64,000 nt of DNA from the human T2T-CHM13v2.0 reference genome, Homo sapiens, in assembly GCF_009914755.1 (NCBI RefSeq), contig NC_060938.1; one strand, written 5' to 3'. The notes beneath the pieces are model-generated. The model did not search any database. It was not told where the DNA came from and saw only the letters and a list, made by a program, of their open reading frames with translations. The translations under genes and the position numbers were made by a program. Shown piece by piece: positions 34,908 through 53,992 of the stretch (positions are counted from its first letter, which is position 1; each line of letters starts with the position of its first letter).

Positions 34908-36813
34908 GTACTTTCTGCTTTTTTAAATATTTTGGGGTCTAAATACGTACTTGAAATTATGTCATAAAGCTAAACACGTATTCTAGAAATGGTAGAGTAC
35001 ACTTCTAGTAAAATATATATACAAGTTGTTGATCATTTGTATTAGCTTTTTGAAATTGCTGAAGACAGGTTAAAAGCTTAGGTATTAAACGTTGAATTTA
35101 AAGCTTTAATCTGGTAGAAACATCTGTACTCTGATTATAATTTTCTAATTTTTAAGTATATTAGAAAATATAATTGTATTGCATGAGTAGATAGAAGGGA
35201 ATTATAGGAAGTCAGAATTAATATTTTCAAAGGGGCTGGGCACAGTGGCTCATGCCTGTAATTCCAGCACTTTGGGAAACCAAGGCAGGAGGATTGCTGG
35301 AGGTCAGGAGCTCAAGACCAGCCTAAGCAACAGAGCGAGACCCCGTCTCTCCAAAAAAAAAAAAAAAAAAAGTAATAATAATAATAAACTTAAAAATTTG
35401 TAAAAAGAATATTTCAGAGGTCCAATACTTTTTGCTGTGTGCCCTAAGAAAATACTTATTTGAAAGATGGAATACTTGCTATCTAATGGAATTGTGATAG
35501 GAATTATTTTATAAATCAAAGATTTGTTTTCTGTGTCCTCTGTGTGCACAACTCTGTGCTGGGTGCTAGTAGGTGTGTTTAAAGATGAGGAAGGAGCGAC
35601 ATGGTCCTACCCTTAGAGTAACTGTAGAAACAAGAAGAGAATAAGCAAATGACTTAATACTGACCCAAGAAAAACTTTTGATCCCATATGCATTGTAATA
35701 GGGCTTTTAAAAAATTACATAACTGCTTTTTTGTATAGTGATAGATCATACAATCTAAAAATAATATTTCAAGAATGAAATCACTCTTAAGACAGCCCAT
35801 AATCAGCTTAACTGTCAACATCAGTTTTAGGAAATGAAAGGATTGATGTTTAGTATCAAGGATAGCCTATCAAGAATGCATCAGGCACAAGAATAGAAGA
35901 GTAACACAGAACCACCACAGGAAGAAAGAAGCTTTTACAGAGAGCTGCTTTTTTAACAAAAGGCGTATGCCCTATTTCATCAGTCTAAACCACCATTACT
36001 TTAAAGGTGTTCTTGTTTCCTTGTTTCATATACTACTAAGAGAAATGCTAGCAAGCCTTCATCCTGATATCAGGGATATTAATTAAAATGTGAAAAAAAA
36101 ATTTAGAATCAATAAGTATGGTTGAAGAAAAAACCACGGAACAACTTCATAGTTGGATTAAAAAAAAATCACAAGGAATATAATAGTGGGAAGAAAATCT
36201 TGTTTCCTTGATTTTCATTTCAATCCTTTGGGGCTAGCTAGCCAACTCTGGATTTCAAATTCCAACTTTTCACACCCGTCCTCCCGCCCCCCACAAAAAA
36301 ACTTTATCACTGTTGCCTAGAACAAGCTAACGTAAACATGTTTATTTTGTCTTTTAATTACTTAAATTGTGACCTGATTAGAGTTTTGTACTTAAAACTT
36401 GACATATCTTTGATAATAAATTGAACTTTTAAAAAATTCCTATTGCATTAACATAGTTTTCCCAGAAGACCCAAAGTTTCGTTGGAAGATTAGAAGAGTT
36501 TTATTTTCATGCAGCTTACCAACACATGTGCCTTAACTTTCTGAAGTGGCTTTTCTTCACGGTCTGAACGTATCAGAGTCTAGGGAATGGTATGATAGCT
36601 TTATTCATCAGTTCATCAAACATTTACTGACTGCTATGTTAGGCATTTTGTTTGGCCTGATACTCTATTAAAGCCTCAGAAAATTGCTTGAAATATAAAA
36701 CACTAGCATACCCCCCAGTTTTGGGTAAACTTAAAGTAAATATTAACATAATAAAGTAGATATGCACAATGGTGATTTGATAGCTTCAGGGATTTACTCC
36801 AGTTTCATTTTTA

Positions 36814-37270
<457 letters not shown>

Positions 37271-37855
37271 TGAAAATGATTCTTATAAAAAAGATTCCCC
37301 CCCTCAATTAATTGCAGTATAATCCCTCTACTTCTTTCCATCTTTGGCATCAGAAAAGTAACAAAGGAACCTTGTTCTTTGAAAGTTGTCATAAGTTTCC
37401 CAAGCAATAAAGGTCTCAAATAGAATTACATCCTTAAAGCCATAATCATAAGCAGCTAGATTTGCATTTGTTGGAGCAGAGTAGAACTGAGCAGTTGCTG
37501 CAGGCTGACCACTTTTCCTGGGGTGCTGGGAGGGCAGCTAGCCAACACAGACATGCTGAAGGACAGTGAGGGTGACAGAGGAAGTGAGCTCAGGTACACC
37601 TTGCTGGACTGCTGAGCACATATGGAAGTGACACTGAACATTCAGAAATTATTTTTATGGAATTCCATGCTTTCATAGACTCTTTTCTGTTGTTGTGGTA
37701 TTTGATAAAATTCCCTAAAAGCATTTTTTAGAGGGCCAGCTATTAAAATCTTTAACAGGGAAAAGGTTGCTTTTCATAGTTACAGTTTATATGTGCATGG
37801 TTTGTGCATACAGACATTTGTCTCTTTTTCTTCCGTGTCCTCTCCTCTCCCGCAG

Positions 37856-37921
37856 TGAAGTTATTCGAAGTCATTGAAACTGAAAAAACACTCTACCTAA
37901 TCATGGAATATGCAAGTGGAG
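37856..37921 (+). CDS. MARK3: MARK3 coding exon 5 (66 nt, [22 protein letters not shown]; gatekeeper Met132 and hinge)
   Basis: cccgcag|TGAAG...GGAG|gtaaga. Visible inside ORF 37804..38010. Phase 1/1. Confidence 0.97.
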
Positions 37922-38139
37922 GTAAGAACATTTTTATATATATTGGGTTTTTTTTCTTTCTCCCTTTTAAAAAAATACACAACCATACTGCCCATATGGG
38001 TCATCATTAAGGTCTCATTTAACGTCCAGAGCCATAATACGCTAGGATGAGAGTCGGAAAAGCTGACTCTTAGCACTTCTAGGGGTTGCCATGAAGTGTT
38101 TCACTATTAGCATTGTTAATTGGTAATATCTAAATACCT

Positions 38140-38870
<731 letters not shown>

Positions 38871-40117
38871 ATGTGGCTATTTAAACATATGAATGCTTAG
38901 TCTGTTTGAAACAAATGTGTGCTTTGGTTTAGATGCTTTTCTTTACCAGATTTTAATGTCGCTGGTGTCTGTCTTCCCCAAGGCCAGAAATGATGGTTAC
39001 AGTACACATCACTAGAGTTTCCTTAAAATAAAGATTAATGACTAGTAACTATTTGCCTATGGTTTTGTAAAAATGTAGACATTTTCTGAAATGCGTGTTT
39101 ATAGCTGCTGTCTTTTATAATGATTTGTATTTTATGGTTGAGATTGGGCTGGGTTTGTAGTTTGCGACCACACGTGAGTTTCATTGTCTGTGAAGGGCAG
39201 AAGCTTTCTTGTTCATCTTTTTGTGTCCCCTGCCTCTAGCACACTGCCTGGCACACAGCAGATACTCAACAGATAAGAATTAGACTGCATTTAGGAATTA
39301 TAAACTACTGGGTACACATTCTGTTAAACTCTATCGTAATTTTATCATTAGCACTTTGATCCATGTTACAAAACCTGAAGATAGAAAGTTGGATTATAGT
39401 CTCATTTGAGTGAGTTTACCATTGAAAATAAAAAGATTGTAAACCTGTTGTGGAAAACAATGAGTTGTAGTAAGCATACCTTTGACACCACTTTTTTATA
39501 CTCCTAATTCATTATTAGTTGTGTATTTTATACTTTATATATGTCTAGTTTGGGAATTTCATTGGGATTTTCAAAACTTCAGGGGTAGTAGAAAGAGGGG
39601 AAGGTTAATTTCAGGACCAAAAAGCTTTATGGAGTTCTAATACTTTCTGTGGGCAAACAACACAGAGTAATGTTCATAGCCCTCACGTTGTACAGCCTCT
39701 ACAGTGTACAAGGTGCTTTCTCTTACCAGATCTCCTTTGACCTTCACAGCGACTCCATGCTGTGGCCAGGCAGTGAGCGATGGGCTTTTTACCCATGAGG
39801 AAATGGAGGCTGGGAAGTCTCACTGTGGGCGCTCTGGGCCTGGACCGCCAGTGCTCTGACAGCAGATAGCCTTTCTAGTTTGTTGGTCAGTCACGGCTTT
39901 CTGTTCCCATCTGTTTTAGCTACCCAGGTCACAGAGATTACTCATATAGGGGCAAGACAAAAACATCTAAGAGTCATCCAGGTTTAGTAGAAAGAGGATG
40001 GGCTCTGGAAGAGACAGACATGGAGTGAATCCAGCCAGTGGCCCTCATTGGCCATGTGACCTGGCAAGTAACATGTGCTGAGCTGAGCTTCACGGTGAGC
40101 ATAGGAACCCCCTCTGA

Positions 40118-40411
<294 letters not shown>

Positions 40412-41384
40412 TGAACTCCTGACCTCAAGTGATCCACCTGCCTTGGCCTCCCAAATTGCTGGGATTATAGGTGTGAGCCACAGCACCTGGCCTCTTTAAC
40501 AGTGTTTTGTTGAGTTTATTAAAACAATTTCCAGGACATATGTTTTATTGTTGATGTGTTTGCCATTGTGAAAAGTTTTATTAAATTGGCCACCCATTCC
40601 ACCATTGCATCTCCCCCACCCGCCAGCCTGCTGCCTTTTGATTTGGTAAACTCATAGAATTTTAGAATTGAAAATAATCTTAGAAATTTTAGGGCAGCGG
40701 TCTAATTTTTACAGATGAAACTGAAGCTCAGAAAGTTTGTTCTATGCCAAGGGGTCCATAGCTAGTTAGTTTCAGGACCTGAACTAGAACTAAGGGCTTT
40801 CTGAACTGGCCTGTCAGTGTCCTTCCATCCAGCCACCTGTTCCTGCCCAGGCAGGAGAGCCACTCTTTGCTTCTTGCTTCTTTTATCTCTAATAAATAGC
40901 CTTAGTATTTTTCAGTTCAGCTGCTTAACCTGAATGTTAATACATTTTTAATAAGGAAAAAAAGATCTGGATTGAATTCCTGGTTTAAAAGTTGAACTCC
41001 TGAATTATAATTTAGTAATTATGAGTGTGACATATGGTTCCACAAATCTCTTAAGAGGTTTATATTGAATTCAAATTTAGAAAAAAAAATCTGTCAATTA
41101 TATTGACAGACTTGGATTTTATCTGTGTTACTCTACAACAGCTGGTAGGCTTAATCGTTTAATTTTTTTAAGTGAAAACTCTCCTATATGATATTCACTC
41201 ATGTTTAGTTGTTTTTGCTTATTAACCACTTGTTTTGACATTGTGTGCTTTTCTGCAAATAGGTCATTCGCATAGAAAATGCTGACACTTTACCGAGGTG
41301 ACATTTAACTTCATAATTCATCATAGTTAAGTGAATTGTGTCGTGTAAACTTGACAGTATGTAATGCCTTTTAAAAGATCATTA

Positions 41385-41698
<314 letters not shown>

Positions 41699-42039
41699 TC
41701 AAGTAATAACATGAAAATATTTGTGCCCATTCATTATGTAAAATTTATTCTTTCAGAGTTAGGGTTAATAAGAGTTTCAAAGTCAGATAATTGTGTAATT
41801 CATGATGACTTTCAAGTATCAAAATATTTTAGTTTAATATTTTCACTAAGCTGATGGAGGTATTCCTTATTTGTATGAAGTAAAGATGTTTCCTGAAAAC
41901 ACTTATATCTAATTTTCTAAATTAGTATTCTTTTCTATTGATTTCAGAGGTGGTGATTCTTTATTCTACATTGATAAGCAGTTGACAGTGCTAATAATAT
42001 ATTCCTTGAAGTGTCACCTTTCTTCCCTAAATAATTAAT

Positions 42040-42708
42040 GTTGTGTAAACTGCCACCTAGGCGTGCATCAGCTGGTTCTGTTGTTTTCACCTCCATTGTA
42101 TCCTGAGCTCCTACTTCTCACCACCACTGTGCTTCCCACTCTAGTCCCCGTCACTTTCATGATTGGTTTGATTATTGTACTGATCTCCCTCTTGGTCTTC
42201 CTGTCCCTTCCCGTCATTGGAAGCCTCTTCCCCGCTAGCAGCCAGTGATCCTTTTAAGAGGTCAGTCTTTTTTCATCTCTGCTTCTCATCTCACTTGTAG
42301 TAGAGCCAGAGTCCTCACCACGGCCTACAGGACTCTTCCTAGCCTCATGAACTACCCTCTTCCCCTCATTCACACTTCTCCAGCCCTGTGGCCTTCTTGC
42401 TCTTTCTCTTAATTACTGTGGAATCTTACCCCAGATAACTACATTGTCCACACCCTCAAGTAGTCAGCAAAACACAAGGGTGTGCACACACAGGCTCACT
42501 TGTCTGTCTCTCCTACTTTTTCTCCACAGCACTTACTGTCCTCTGATACACTATATGTTTATTCATTTATTGCCCCCTCCCCCAACTAGAATGTAAACTC
42601 TATGAGGAAAAGGACCTTGTGTTCACTGCTGCATCTCCCCAGAACCTACCTAGAACAGTGCCTTGCAGTTAGTAGACATTCAGGAAATATTTGTTGAATG
42701 AATGAATA
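42040..42708 (+). mobile_element. L2 3' end
   Basis: actagaatgtaaactctatgagg...aatatttgttgaatgaatgaat, the L2 terminal repeat. Confidence 0.75.
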
Positions 42709-43051
42709 TACTCAGGAAATGCTTTGTTGTCATAATCCTGCAGTGAGGATGTCCTCTTCTAACACAAATAACTTCATCCATTTTAATTTTCTGTTTTAAT
42801 TGCTTAGTTTTTATTAAAGCCTATTGAAAACGCTCTTTAAAATAAGAGTTATATAATTTAAGTATAGGGAATTTAATTTTAAGGCTTTTCTTCAGCTTAA
42901 AGATTTTGTTGGTGAATTTAAATGCCTGTAGTTAAAGCCAGCTTAGTTCAAATTCCACATATTTCTGGCTAACTTTATATCTATATTTAAAAATTAGAGC
43001 ATTGCTAAAAGTGAAACATCGATTTATGGGAAAATTAATACTCAGAAGTAG

Positions 43052-43159
<108 letters not shown>

Positions 43160-43838
43160 TGAATTAATGTGTCTTTACTATGTCAATTTGATAATTTATC
43201 TCACTTAAACCCTGAAGCAAACAAGTGTTTGCCTCCATAAATGCTTATAAGGCCTGTTGGATGGCAGGGGTTGGCCATTCAATTCAACAAAAATTGATGA
43301 AGAACTTTTCATACCTAAGGCACTGTGCTGGAGGCAGCCATGGTTCTATTCCTAGCTTTGTAATGGGAGCATTAGTCTTATACTTAACCTTCCCTTTTTA
43401 CAACTGAGCCTTAAAAATCTAGAGCCTTTCAAAAACACCTGTGATTACATTAATTAAAGCCATTTCAGAGTTTTTAGCAAGCAGAATGTCAGAACCCCAA
43501 AATTCATTATTAGCTTTGTCTGACATAAACCAAGGCCAAGTGTAACTGAAACTGTTAATTAGTAACTTTACTTCTTGCTTTGTTTTTACTCTGCTTTTTA
43601 AAGAGACTCGGGTTTTAATAAGCAGGTTTTAAGCAAACAGGTTACTTGACTCTCCTGTCTTTATTAATAATAATTACTGTTATCTATTGACCATGCCACA
43701 CACTGAGATAAGTACTTTACCAACATTAAGGTAAATCTTACAGCTGCCTTGTGAGTTAAGGACTGTTATATCCATTTGCTAAAAAATAAGACAACTGAGA
43801 CATGGGAAGATTAAATAACTTGCCCAGAATTGCCTTTC

Positions 43839-43898
43839 TTTTTTTCTTTTTCCCCCTTATTGTGGAGAACGGGGTCTCGCTGTATTGCCCAGGCAGGT
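43839..43898 (-). pseudogene. 5'-truncated BC200 (BCYRN1)-type retrocopy with a 16-bp TSD
   Basis: Minus strand reads (g)acctgcctgggcaatacagcgagaccccgttctccacaataagggggaaaaagaaaaaaa. The acctgcc, caata and cgttctcca positions are BC200-diagnostic rather than Alu. TSD cccagaattgcctttc at 43823-43838 and 43899-43914. Confidence 0.78.
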
Positions 43899-44003
43899 CC
43901 CAGAATTGCCTTTCAAGTAGGAGACCTGCCATAGACTCAGAGTCCCAAACCCTCTGACCCCAAAACTCAGATTTGCAATCATTATATTGTGCTATTATTT
44001 AGA

Positions 44004-44538
<535 letters not shown>

Positions 44539-44671
44539 ATTTAGACGAAGGAAAGGAGCAGTGCTTCACTGCTTTTAAATTAATTCTGTATTCTCACAAG
44601 GCCTACATTGAAATGGAATTATAGCCTCATTTTTTCTTAGAACCTTTATATTTTGTTTTATTCATATACAG

Positions 44672-44740
44672 GGTTGTCAAGCTGGACAGACTATTAAAGT
44701 TCAAGTCTCCTTTGATTTGCTTAGTCTGATGTTTACATTT
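44672..44740 (+). CDS. MARK3: MARK3 alternative in-frame cassette exon (69 nt, GCQAGQTIKVQVSFDLLSLMFTF)
   Basis: ttttgttttattcatatacag|GGTTGT...ACATTT|gtaagt. 23 codons, no stop, phase 0/0. The peptide matches my recollection of the 23-aa insert in a long annotated MARK3 isoform. Confidence 0.8.
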
Positions 44741-45370
44741 GTAAGTGATAGGACTTATTAAGTTTCTTATAAACGTTGCTTATATTTTGCTGTTGCTTAA
44801 ATACTAATGGTACTTTGAATTCAAATCTAGTAAAACCAAAGTAAAAATCAGCTTTGGCTATCATTTAACTTCTCTGATCCTGTTTTTAAAGCTATAAAAA
44901 AAAAAGAAATTATTCTTGATGAATTCCATAGTTCTTTGCAATTCTAATATAATTTGATTGTATGGTCTATTAAAGGAAATTCAGATTTTTATTAGAAAAA
45001 AAGTGTGTGGCTCTTTCCATAACTGTACTCTTAATTTTTATAAATTGGCCACCTAAAAGGGAACATTTTTTTGCTTCATACAATTTACATTCCTTCCTAC
45101 TCAGATGAATCTGACTTGCAAACATGTGTGAAGATGGCTTATTGACTATGAGGAAGGGGCTGGTGTCACCCAGCAAGAGCTTACTAACCTAAATCTTGAG
45201 GAAATTACTCTAATTTTTATTGTAAATTCCCTGCAGAAATTCTGAAGCCTTTATTTGAGGAGCCTGTTAGTTGGACTAGGAAAGATGGTTTGTATGTATG
45301 TGTTTTTTCAATTAGCAAATTGATTTAGAGTGCTTTAGAATTGACCCCTTCTTCCATGGTATTTGCCTAA

Positions 45371-45685
<315 letters not shown>

Positions 45686-46003
45686 TGATCTCAAGTGATC
45701 TGCCCTCCTCAGCCTCCCAAAATGCTGGGATTACAGATGTGAGCCATCGTAATGTGGCCTCAATTTCTGTGCTTTCTAGGAGCTTATAAGTCATAATTAC
45801 TTTGACTAAGTAAAACAAGTTTTTCTATTTATGACAAAAAGGAAGGTATGCCACACACAAAGTACACTGTGTGTGATCCCTTTTCCATATTCATCACCAG
45901 ATGGGTTTTCCCCTTCTGCTTCCTTCACCATGCCCATCCTAGTTACTGCTTATGACATTTTAATTTTTTGGTTGAGCTCATTCTTTTCCAAGAAAAAGAA
46001 TAG

Positions 46004-46249
<246 letters not shown>

Positions 46250-47691
46250 TAGCCAGGATGGTCTCGATCTCCTGACCTCGTGATCCACCCGCCTCGGCCT
46301 CCCAAAGTGCTGGGATTACAGGCGTGAGCCACGCGCCCGGCACAGCTCCATCTTTTTTACTTACCTCTTTATTGGTGGGCTGGTAATATTGATGATTTGA
46401 CGCTCTTTTATGTATGATTGAAAGTGAATTAGGTTAAATCATAGTTTAACCTAAATAACATCTGTTAGAAATCACCATTTCTACCTGGTAATAGAATGCA
46501 AAAAAAGCAGTAAGTTCAAGTTGAGTCTTTTCAGCTTATTGTGGCATCAGGTTAGCTTTGAGCTGTTTTGGAGCTAAAGAGAGAGAGAAATCCTTTGATC
46601 TCTTTGAGAAAGGGCAGGAAATCAAATCTGCTTCAAAAGCAGAATTTGAAAATAACCTGTAAGAGAAATCTCAATATGAGGAAAAACTAATATAAATTCT
46701 GAATGAGAAAAGGAAAAAGATTAGATAAAATTTACCTGTGTCCTAGGTGACAAAGCTATGACTTTGTTTTGGGAAAACAAAGCTATTTTACTTTTCAAGT
46801 TTTCATGCTGACTGAATAGAACAATAGTGATAAATCCAAAGTAACAGATGCTCTAAAACCCGTTTTTTGGCATTGGAATTTTTGTACCTTTTGTTAATTA
46901 TAAGTGGGTCTGATATTCTGAATGTTAATTTTAAATAATGAAGCTGCTTAGTAAAGTGCTGATTTTTGTTATCATCTCATCCTAACCCCAGTTCACCTTG
47001 TCCTTGCTGCTTATTCTGAACCAAAATATTATACAGCCCTCTGAGATTTTATGTCCACGGGTGGGTCCATGGGGCTTAGAGCTAAGAGTTGATGATGATT
47101 TGGAGGAACCAACAGTAATTTTATTATAACCTCAGTTTTGTGTATATGTAATCATATGTGTCTAAATATACATGCAGAATACCAAAGAAAAGACTAGATG
47201 CAAGTACAGCAAAATAGCAAGACATGTTACCTCTGCTTAGTGGTAATGCAGGAATATATTTCTATAGACTTTTCTGTATTTCCTGAAATTTCTACAATGA
47301 CCATATAAAGCTTTAATATTAGAAGACTTTTTTTAAGTGACCGTAAGTGTGAAATTTCAGTAAAACAATTGTTTAATCATAGGCATGACTGCAAGTTGAC
47401 TAAATAAAAGCATACTATTTACTGAAAGTGGGAGGAATCCTTAATAGTGCACGTAGTAGTTTTCATAGTTCACGTACGTCGCAACATTCATTCCTCCATT
47501 TTAATAAAGGAAGAGGAAACTGACCCTCAGAGAAGTTAACTAACTTTTGCTTTCCATGATCCACATCAGTTAGAAGGAAGACTGTTGCAGGGAGCAGGCT
47601 GAGAAGGGCACTTACAGAAGAGAGCCAACCTGGATTAACACCTGGGTATGGGCAACTCTCTAACCGCTGGTTTGGTTTGGAGTTGACTCTA

Positions 47692-48030
<339 letters not shown>

Positions 48031-48359
48031 CTAGGGGCAGCCAGGGTCCTCCAGATCTAGGCAATTTGTTGGGTCCTGGCACTACACTGTAAGTGGAATG
48101 TCAACGGATAGGGTCCAAAAAGAGACTTCAGTTAAAACAGTAGAAAACGGAAGAACGTCCTCACCTATTTGTTTTTGCCCTCACCCATGAATTTCTCCAG
48201 ACTGGAAAGTTCAAGGCATAGGAAAATTGTTTTTAGAAATCCACACGGACATTCGAGCGTATACTGAGTATTCAATATGTGTGAACATTAACAAAGTTAT
48301 TTTCATCTTAATTACGAATCTGCACCAGTGATGACTGACTCTGCGTCTCTCCTATTCAG

Positions 48360-48416
48360 ATTGTGTCTGCAGTTCAATACTGCCATCAGAAACGGATCGT
48401 ACATCGAGACCTCAAG
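48360..48416 (+). CDS. MARK3: MARK3 coding exon 7 (57 nt, [19 protein letters not shown]; catalytic loop Asp178)
   Basis: cctattcag|ATTGTG...CTCAAG|gtgagt. Contains the HRDLK motif. Confidence 0.98.
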
Positions 48417-48699
48417 GTGAGTAGAAGTGCCTCACTCAGTGTATGCTCTGTCTGTTTGTGTGCAGTTCTCTCAGTGGTCATTACACAAATGAGGTATAGA
48501 TTAGCCTTATTAGCATTTTTTAAAATCCCACAATAATTGAATCCTCTTAATCAAGTTATGGGAAAGAGCATTAAAAATAAAGAAAAATAAAGGTTATTGA
48601 AAGTATTTTACATTTCAGTTACGGTGACTGGTGGTTGATCTCTGGAGAACAGTCATCACACAGCCAAACAAATGGGGGCCTCCAGAAATGTATGGTCAC

Positions 48700-50488
<1,789 letters not shown>

Positions 50489-50612
50489 TGATCCACCCGC
50501 CTCAGCCTCCCAAAGTGCTGTGATTACAGGCGTGAGCCACCGCACCCAGCCATGATTTGACTCTTGAATGAGGTTTAGGATTCTCCCCTCCTCATTAACA
50601 GCCGTTTTATAG

Positions 50613-50819
<207 letters not shown>

Positions 50820-50835
50820 TAAAAATCTTTTGTAG

Positions 50836-51235
<400 letters not shown>

Positions 51236-51508
51236 TAATTGAAAAACTCAAGGCTTTTCTTGATCTTGGGACATTGATGTTTAAATTAGTGCTAGAATTA
51301 ATCTGTACTTCATGTTTGTTATTGTTAATATTATAAAATAAGGAGTTCTGACTTGTCTCCTGTTTTTTTCTCTAGAAAGAATGTTTTCACATTAATTAGG
51401 AGGTAACTTCATATCATTACAGAAAGCTTTTCTAAAATGCCTAATCCTGTCATAATTCTAATTCTATTTTGGCTAAATTTCATTTTTGTCTTGATGTTTT
51501 CCCTCTAG

Positions 51509-51748
<240 letters not shown>

Positions 51749-51923
51749 TAAGAAGCTGCACCCATGTACTTCACTAAACTAAAAGAAGTTTCCTAATATT
51801 ACATGGCTTAATATTTTTAACATTATATCAGTGCGGGGGGTTTCAGGGGGTTTTTTGTTGTGTTTTGTTAACTAAACCTAAAGGTTGACTTACTCGTTTT
51901 CTTTCCTCTGTACCTCTCCAAAG

Positions 51924-52043
51924 GAACTGAGAGAGAGAGTATTAAGAGGGAAATACAGAATTCCCTTCTACATGTCTACAGACTGTGAAAACCTTCTCAA
52001 ACGTTTCCTGGTGCTAAATCCAATTAAACGCGGCACTCTAGAG
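51924..52043 (+). CDS. MARK3: MARK3 coding exon 9 (120 nt, [40 protein letters not shown])
   Basis: ctctccaaag|GAACTG...CTAGAG|gtaatc. The acceptor is the less common AAG type. Confidence 0.97.
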
Positions 52044-52294
52044 GTAATCATGTAGGTGGAAACAAGCAGTAACTTTGGAGAGTCTTTAGAGTGACCTTAG
52101 ATCTTTGCTTGATTTGTATGCCATACTGGATATATCCTGCGGCTTTTTAAGCAAGAATTGAAACATTAAAAAATATTTTTTGAGTTTATGCTTTGAACGA
52201 TAGTCAATGAAATGTTGAAAATAAATTTTTGTAAATATTACGGTTATCAGAATATTTCATTTTACTCTGCTAATGAACAGTTTACCTTTTTTAG

Positions 52295-52394
52295 CAAATC
52301 ATGAAGGACAGGTGGATCAATGCAGGGCATGAAGAAGATGAACTCAAACCATTTGTTGAACCAGAGCTAGACATCTCAGACCAAAAAAGAATAG
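52295..52394 (+). CDS. MARK3: MARK3 coding exon 10 (100 nt, [33 protein letters not shown]; end of kinase domain and CD-like linker)
   Basis: ttttttag|CAAATC...AATAG|gtaatc. Phase 0/1. Confidence 0.97.
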
Positions 52395-52658
52395 GTAATC
52401 ACTCCATGCCTGCATGTTCATGTGTTTTTGTCTAAGTAACATATTTCTGTTTTGACTCATGTCTGTGCCTAAAATGTGAATAATGGAAAGTTAAGCACAA
52501 GTTATATGAACAGTTTATCTGTTCTGTCATATTTAGGAACGTAACTACCTGCAGTTTCCTATAATGGCACCCAGTAACTCTGAAACAAGTGCCCATTTAT
52601 GTTACAAAATATATGTAATATGTCATCTTTTAGGTCAAATGAAAATTATTTTACCCTA

Positions 52659-53025
<367 letters not shown>

Positions 53026-53029
53026 TTAG

Positions 53030-53142
53030 ATATTATGGTGGGAATGGGATATTCACAAGAAGAAATTCAAGAATCTCTTAGTAAGATGAAATACGATGAA
53101 ATCACAGCTACATATTTGTTATTGGGGAGAAAATCTTCAGAG
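53030..53142 (+). CDS. MARK3: MARK3 coding exon 11 (113 nt, [38 protein letters not shown]; UBA domain)
   Basis: ttcttttag|ATATT...TCAGAG|gtaaga. MGY UBA motif. Seen in the tail of ORF 52873..53166. Confidence 0.98.
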
Positions 53143-53314
53143 GTAAGAGTAATCAGAAAGAGCTGAAATACCCTGTATGTAATTATTAGTTTATATAAAC
53201 TGTTTTCTTAGTTTTTATCTTTTGAATATTTGTAACATTTGATACATCATTTTTTAGATTTACTTGCAAATAGCAAATCTAAATCCTATGACTATTATAA
53301 GCTATTTTAACTTA

Positions 53315-53691
<377 letters not shown>

Positions 53692-53992
53692 TTAACCTGT
53701 AGTCATTAATAGCTTAGAAATGACGTAAAGCATCAGATGAAGTAAATACAACATTTAAAGTTATTTGAGAAAGCCTGGAAAGAAAATCATAAATACCTTA
53801 CCTTTAGTGTCTTTCCAGCCGTCAGAAAACTACTTTTGCTTGAGTTTAGGGTTGTCATTTTTGTACGTTGTGATTCCTCCTCTCTCTGAATGAACGGTTT
53901 ATGAGAGGTCTGTGTTAATGAAAAGTTTAACTTCCTAATAAGCCATTTGGGTTCGTGTTGTGGTTTGCTCTGTTTTTCTCATTTTCTCTTAG

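Noticed and set aside
46560-46770. Purine-rich stretch that reads as several pyrimidine tract/AG and GT motifs on the minus strand (possible antisense lncRNA splice sites)
   Set aside because: No coherent exon chain, promoter or poly(A) context can be built. Such motifs are common in AT-rich introns.
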